Positions 33,454-38,031 of a DNA stretch of 38,031 nt are shown here, one piece after another. The stretch spans positions 1-38,031 of the forward strand of contig JALDZS010000211.1 of NCBI GenBank assembly GCA_022813965.1, written 5' to 3'. How positions within the stretch are numbered: the stretch's first letter is position 1; each line of letters starts with the position of its first letter. The notes beneath the pieces are model-generated. The model saw only the letters and a program-made list of their open reading frames with translations. It was not told the DNA's origin and did not search any database. The stretch is from Toensbergia leucococca. Its lineage: Eukaryota. The position numbers were made by a program, and so were the translations under genes.

Positions 33454-35824
33454 ATGGAAAGAAGTCGGTACGATTCATTTCCCATGATCGGCAAGGCTGA
33501 GGCAGCCGTGGTCGACTATCATCAGATAGCTAGCCGCGACGATGAACATGGCCTCATCACCCCATACAGTTCGGTACATACCTCGGAGAGACCCAAGACA
33601 GTGCTAGAAAAGGGTCTACGCATCTCGAAATTCTTGATCCACATCATAGCCCTAGTCGCCACCGCCGCCGTCGTCGGAGTGAACTTCGCCACAGTCTACG
33701 GCTGGGATCAAGGGAGCCTTCACATTTCAGACAACCAGGCAAACAATTTTCTGCAGTTTGCAGCCAAGTTGCATGAAATCGTCATCGTCGGATCTCTGAC
33801 CGCGATTGTTATGCACCATATTCGCAAACGCCTCGTCAGCAGCAAGGGCCTTCCATTCGGTCTGTTGAGCAGTGGGTACCAGGTGAGCTCGGCCGAATTT
33901 CTCTTCAGCAGGGGCTTTCGGAGCGCTTTCTCCACCGACGGTACGCTCATCCTAACTCTGGCTGCCACCATCATATTCGTCAAGGTGGTGGGCCCTTCAT
34001 CCGCCATCGTGGTGATTCCGAGATTGGACTGGTGGAATGTACGTACTCCTTTCAATAGCACGCTGCAATTGTATCTAGACAGCTCGTCGGATCAGCTCTA
34101 CCCGACCAATTTGGGTCCACCGAATATGACACTTTATCAAGGCTGTGATACTGTCGAATACTCAAGCTGCTGTCCAGGGGCGGCTTTTGACGACTTGAAG
34201 AACTGGGCGGCATCTTGGTATAACAGCGGCGTGGCGCCCAATATCAGCATGACCGAGGCAACGACGGATGTTCAACGCGGTCTGCTGATTGAAACAAACC
34301 AAATGCTCTTTACGAATGAGTGGAAACTCACCGAACCCAATACCAATCCCGATATCTCCGTAACAACGACCCTGACCCAGCCCATCCTCGAATTGGCTGG
34401 TCTTTTCTGGGACTATATCCAGGAAAACTCATCAAGAGAGATCAACAAAATCAGAAAGCCCATGCTCGTCTCGACCGATACAGCGCCCATCTATGCGCCA
34501 GTGGTTCAGGTCAAATGCGCGACTTTCAATTACAGTGAGGCCATTGAAGGCCCAGGCCCGGACAATCCAGTTGTGAGCTTTCCTTTGGACGTGCTCGATA
34601 ATTACATGGGCATTTGGACGTCCATTGTATGGCCCGTCGATCCGTCGCTCTGGAATTTCACACGGCCAATGAACGTGACCAACTTCACCTGGGTTGATGT
34701 GTCGTCGTATTCCGACGGCGATGGTCCGGGAGCTTCTCTAGGTGCTTTGATCACTCTACCCACTATCGCTGTAGGTAGCGCATACGGAACCAGCACCTCT
34801 TGGGATTTCTCGCAGCAAAGTCTCCTGATCCCATGTCTCATCAATGCCAAATGGGCGGCAGCCAAGATCCAGTATAAGCCGAACAGCAGCAACCAGATCA
34901 TTCAGAATATCACTAGACCGGGTGATTTGGGTGTGGGTGACGGCCAGAACGTCACCGAGGCTTCTGGGCAGCCGTTGGGCCTCAGTGACACAATCCACAT
35001 TTCTCCCGAATGGGCAGCCTTACTCAACGTGGCCGGGATCGCGAGCACTTCTGCTTCGGGCGAGAGCTTGAATACCACGATGGTGGAAGCCTTGCTCAGC
35101 CAGTTTATCACCAGCGAGATGGATCCCATCTACTCGCCATACATGGCTTTGGGCGCGAAACTCACCACGTTTTTACCACCACAGACTTACAGCGTCTTAC
35201 CAGCGACAATCGCTGCCGTCGTCGCCGAGGATCTATCCCGCCAGGACTCCAATTGGACCACACCCACCCTATCTTTTGTTCGATGAAGGGCCGAACAATA
35301 CAACATATATGGATCTGACATTGCAAAAGAAATGGACCCAATCAAAATTGCCTTTCATCAATCCAAGATTGCCTTTCATCAATCCAAGATTGCCTTTCAT
35401 CAATGCGAGCCTAGCCGCCTTTGACGCAAAGGCTGCGGCATGGATCACGCGTATTGACTTCACCATCGAGCGATATGGATATGGGTACGGATATCAGGGC
35501 AGTTCCACGGTAGTATTTGGGCTTGCGGTCCTCCTCACGTACGCCGCCGTAGCCATTGGATATATCCTCTACTCAATCTATCATCAAGTACTTGGGACCG
35601 GGTTCACGAGCAGGGCTTGGGGTCAGATGGGGGAAATACTAGCGCTGGCCTTGCATTCGGGGCGCGCTGGGGAGCTTCAGAATGTCGGTGGCGGCGTGGA
35701 GGAGAGAGCGACTTGGAAGATGAGAGTGCGGGTCCGGGAGCTGGGAGTAGATCGGCTGGAGCTAGTGGTGAGGAGGGAGGATCTTGATGGTGCTCCGCCG
35801 CAGCTTGACAAGAAGTATCAGTGA
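33454..35824 (+). CDS. Uncharacterised fungal membrane glycoprotein (~790 aa if joined), split by a frameshift near 35276
   Basis: N-terminal TM block (LQFAAKLHEIVIVGSL, GLPFGLL, VGPSSAIVVIPRLDWW), an N-glycosylation-site-rich luminal region, and a C-terminal RYGYGY + TM + WGQMGEILALALHS..LQN module in a different frame. No intron signals at the junction. Confidence 0.7.
35347..35404 (+). repeat. 21-bp tandem repeat, ~2.8 copies (encodes LPFINPR)
   Basis: attgcctttcatcaatccaag twice, followed by attgcctttcatcaat. Confidence 0.95.
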
Positions 35825-36010
35825 TCCTTCCTTGACTTGATGATTGTTGACGGCCCCTTGACCTTGATGACTTGAGATGTGGAGAGCGATACGCGGCATG
35901 ATTGACGTGGATATTCTTTTATCATCATGATGTCAATATGACATTTTTGTTTTTTCAGCAGCTTTTTAGGTCAAGGATTTGAAATACTGTATTATCTGTT
36001 ATATAAGATA

Positions 36011-36948
36011 GAGTATTGAATCATGTATACCCCCCCCTCACACTCTCTCACCTCTCAACTAGTGCCTGAGTGCAAAAACATTGTCTCAATTCTTTACTTT
36101 CATGCAAGTCATTTACTTGTTTTATTTGCGTGTCACTTAAAAGTCAAATTATTTAGAAGAAAAATCATGCTTTTCTATCTCATTCTGACATGATTCTCTT
36201 ATCTCTGAGCGCATGATCATCTCCTAAGCGCAGATACATCATAATTCTGCAAGCTATTCACCTTCTTTCAAAATCATGAAATACTCTGTTATTCACCGAC
36301 ATAGTGACGTTCACATTTACTACTGCATCTCTCTCTTCTTCTCACTGTGCACCTCTCTCTCTCTCTCACTGCGCACCTCACCCTTACTCTTTCTCTTACT
36401 CTTATTTCTTTCCTCATACTTCTATAAGTTCTCAGTCATCTCAATCACTCTAATCACTTCTCTGAAGACCTTATTTTATTATCTCACATTAAGATAATTC
36501 TCTCTATGTATCTTTGTTAAATGTCTGTTGTTATCTCTCACTCTAAGGTTGATTAAGATCTTTTATAGAACAGTCATGAGAGTGAGTAACTGTGAGACCC
36601 TAAATCAACAGCAGAGAATCTATCTCAGAGAGAGGTAAGGTGTGTTCATTATCAGAAGAACAGTGAAATAATTACTTAATATGCACATCTTGTCACTGTA
36701 AGATAGAGAGAGCAGGTTTCTTTAAAAATTTTAAAATCTTGTGAGCTCAAGAAAGACTGATGATGACTGTGAAAGTCTTTGTGCAAGGCACATGAAATCA
36801 TAAGGTATAAGACATGCAAATGTGATCAGAATTTAAGGTAGAATGTGATGCAGAATAATATAATTTTCATCAGTAATTTTGCGCTCAGGCACTACTTGAG
36901 GGGAGGGCTGTAGATGTAGTCAAAGGGGGTGCAGGATTAGCAGTACCC
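36011..36948 (-). mobile_element. Internally deleted MULE of the same family as 280-2766 (opposite orientation)
   Basis: 36100-36780 is the reverse complement of ~2060-2670 (transposase 3' end plus subterminal region). The ends form degenerate TIRs (ctcaactagtgcctgagtgcaaaa at ~36054 versus ttttgcgctcaggcactacttgag at ~36877). Putative terminus ...cagtaccc at 36948. Confidence 0.8.
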
Positions 36949-36992
36949 TTTTTGAATTCTTCAGATTCTCTGAGTATTAATAATCTATTTCA

Positions 36993-38031
36993 CCAGGGGG
37001 CGACAAAAGTCATTGCCGGTCCGTGTGTTTTACCTCAGCTTGAGATGCTAGTCAATTTTCTTCAATTTTTCACCCAATTTTCTCATTCATCTCCTTCATC
37101 AACTCTACAGATGGCCCTCACACGTCGTCATGAGTATAGTACCCCTAAGAAGAATCAATTCTACGGTGCCATTGATACCAATGGTTCTAAGGAATTGAAA
37201 GGGGTGTATAAGGAAGTCAACATCCCCTCATGAGTAGGTAGAAAATGAAGGAAGGAACGCAGAGAATTAGGATCACCTTCCACACACAGGATCGGTCAGA
37301 AACGTTCTGAATGATCACTTAAGCTGTCAAATGAGATCCTTGATACCCTGATTCATGAAGTGACAAATCCTGTTCAATCTCAGCATAATGAGTGTCAAAT
37401 AGATCATTTTGAACTTGATGTATGTCCTTGAACACTCAATTGAAACCTGATAAACAGACGGAACGCTCGCAAATTCAAGAAGGCTAAAGTCAAGCTTATC
37501 AGTTCAAAAAACAAGAAGGAAAGAATAGAGTATGAGGAGCGACATTCTCAGAAGACAGTGAAAAGTCTTTGACAATTTGTACATTTCTCCGACGAAGCTC
37601 ATATAGATCCTGGTGCACGATCACAAGAAACTGTTCTTCAGACTGAGGATACCCGGCTAGAGGCAGAGAATCTTCAGGAAATGCCTGATCTTGAAGGGAT
37701 TGCATTTCATATTGCGGCTTGGATCTCATGGCATGATAGAGGGGAATTGCAGTTCTATAACGATGAAAACGATCCACCGGAAGTCAAAGTTAGAAAGCCA
37801 TCATCATCACGCAAGTCACGGTATGAGACGGAGGATCAATTCAAGATCTGATATGAGGAATACAAAGCTAAACTTCCTCATGATGTGGACGTCAAACCTA
37901 AGGGGAATAGCATGACTCAGAATTATTACACAGAACGACTTCTTTCAGGGCTATGTGAGGATGTTCAGAAGGTCAAAGAGAAGCATGGCCGGGCAATTCT
38001 ACAGAAGGACAACGATCCTAGTCATGATACC
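36993..38031 (+). mobile_element. Tc1/mariner (DDE) transposon with mutated transposase; truncated by the window end
   Basis: From ATG 37111: MALTRRHEYSTPKK..., *QFVHFSDEAHIDP (first catalytic D), FHIAAWISW, GNSMTQNYYTERLL and ILQKDNDPSH (second D). Several in-frame TGA stops. A CAGGGGGCGACAAAAGT TIR-like start lies near 36994. Confidence 0.88.

Noticed and set aside
35347..35404. LPFINPR repeat as a RiPP core or a CRISPR-like array
   Set aside because: It is a perfect nucleotide tandem duplication inside a membrane-protein gene, with no spacers or dibasic cleavage sites.
280..38031. Starship (tyrosine-recombinase giant transposon) carrying the island
   Set aside because: No DUF3435 captain or typical auxiliary genes are visible in the window. 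The flanks are MULE, Tc1 and LTR relics. A larger element extending beyond the window cannot be excluded.

Overview
Filamentous ascomycete (Pezizomycotina-type) genomic DNA with GT-AG introns. A ~32 kb gene island (3650-35824) lies between AT-rich, hypermutated (RIP-like) transposon relics. The left flank holds a Mutator/MULE element, a solo LTR and a MULE deletion derivative. The right flank holds a related MULE derivative and a Tc1/mariner element. The island reads like a secondary-metabolite or glycan-modification cluster with no PKS, NRPS, terpene synthase or DMATS core in the window. It encodes a tyrosinase, two NmrA/isoflavone-reductase-like reductases, three MFS transporters of different subfamilies, a 2OG-Fe(II) dioxygenase, a head-to-head pair of a cytosolic PAPS-type sulfotransferase and a secreted-type arylsulfate sulfotransferase (ASST), a cellulose-synthase-like GT2, a Zn-alcohol dehydrogenase, a divergent pyrroline-5-carboxylate reductase paralog and a large unknown membrane protein. 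Two older pseudogenes (a SAM methyltransferase and a protein kinase) sit inside. Manual splicing shows four otherwise intact genes each with one lesion: tyrosinase TAG, ASST TGA, a GT2 5' frameshift and a membrane-protein frameshift. The most interesting hypothesis is a fungal two-step sulfate-relay system (SULT -> carrier -> MFS export -> ASST) linked to a GT2 glycan or a small cyclic-amine/phenolic product. All family calls come from motifs read by eye; no database searches were run.
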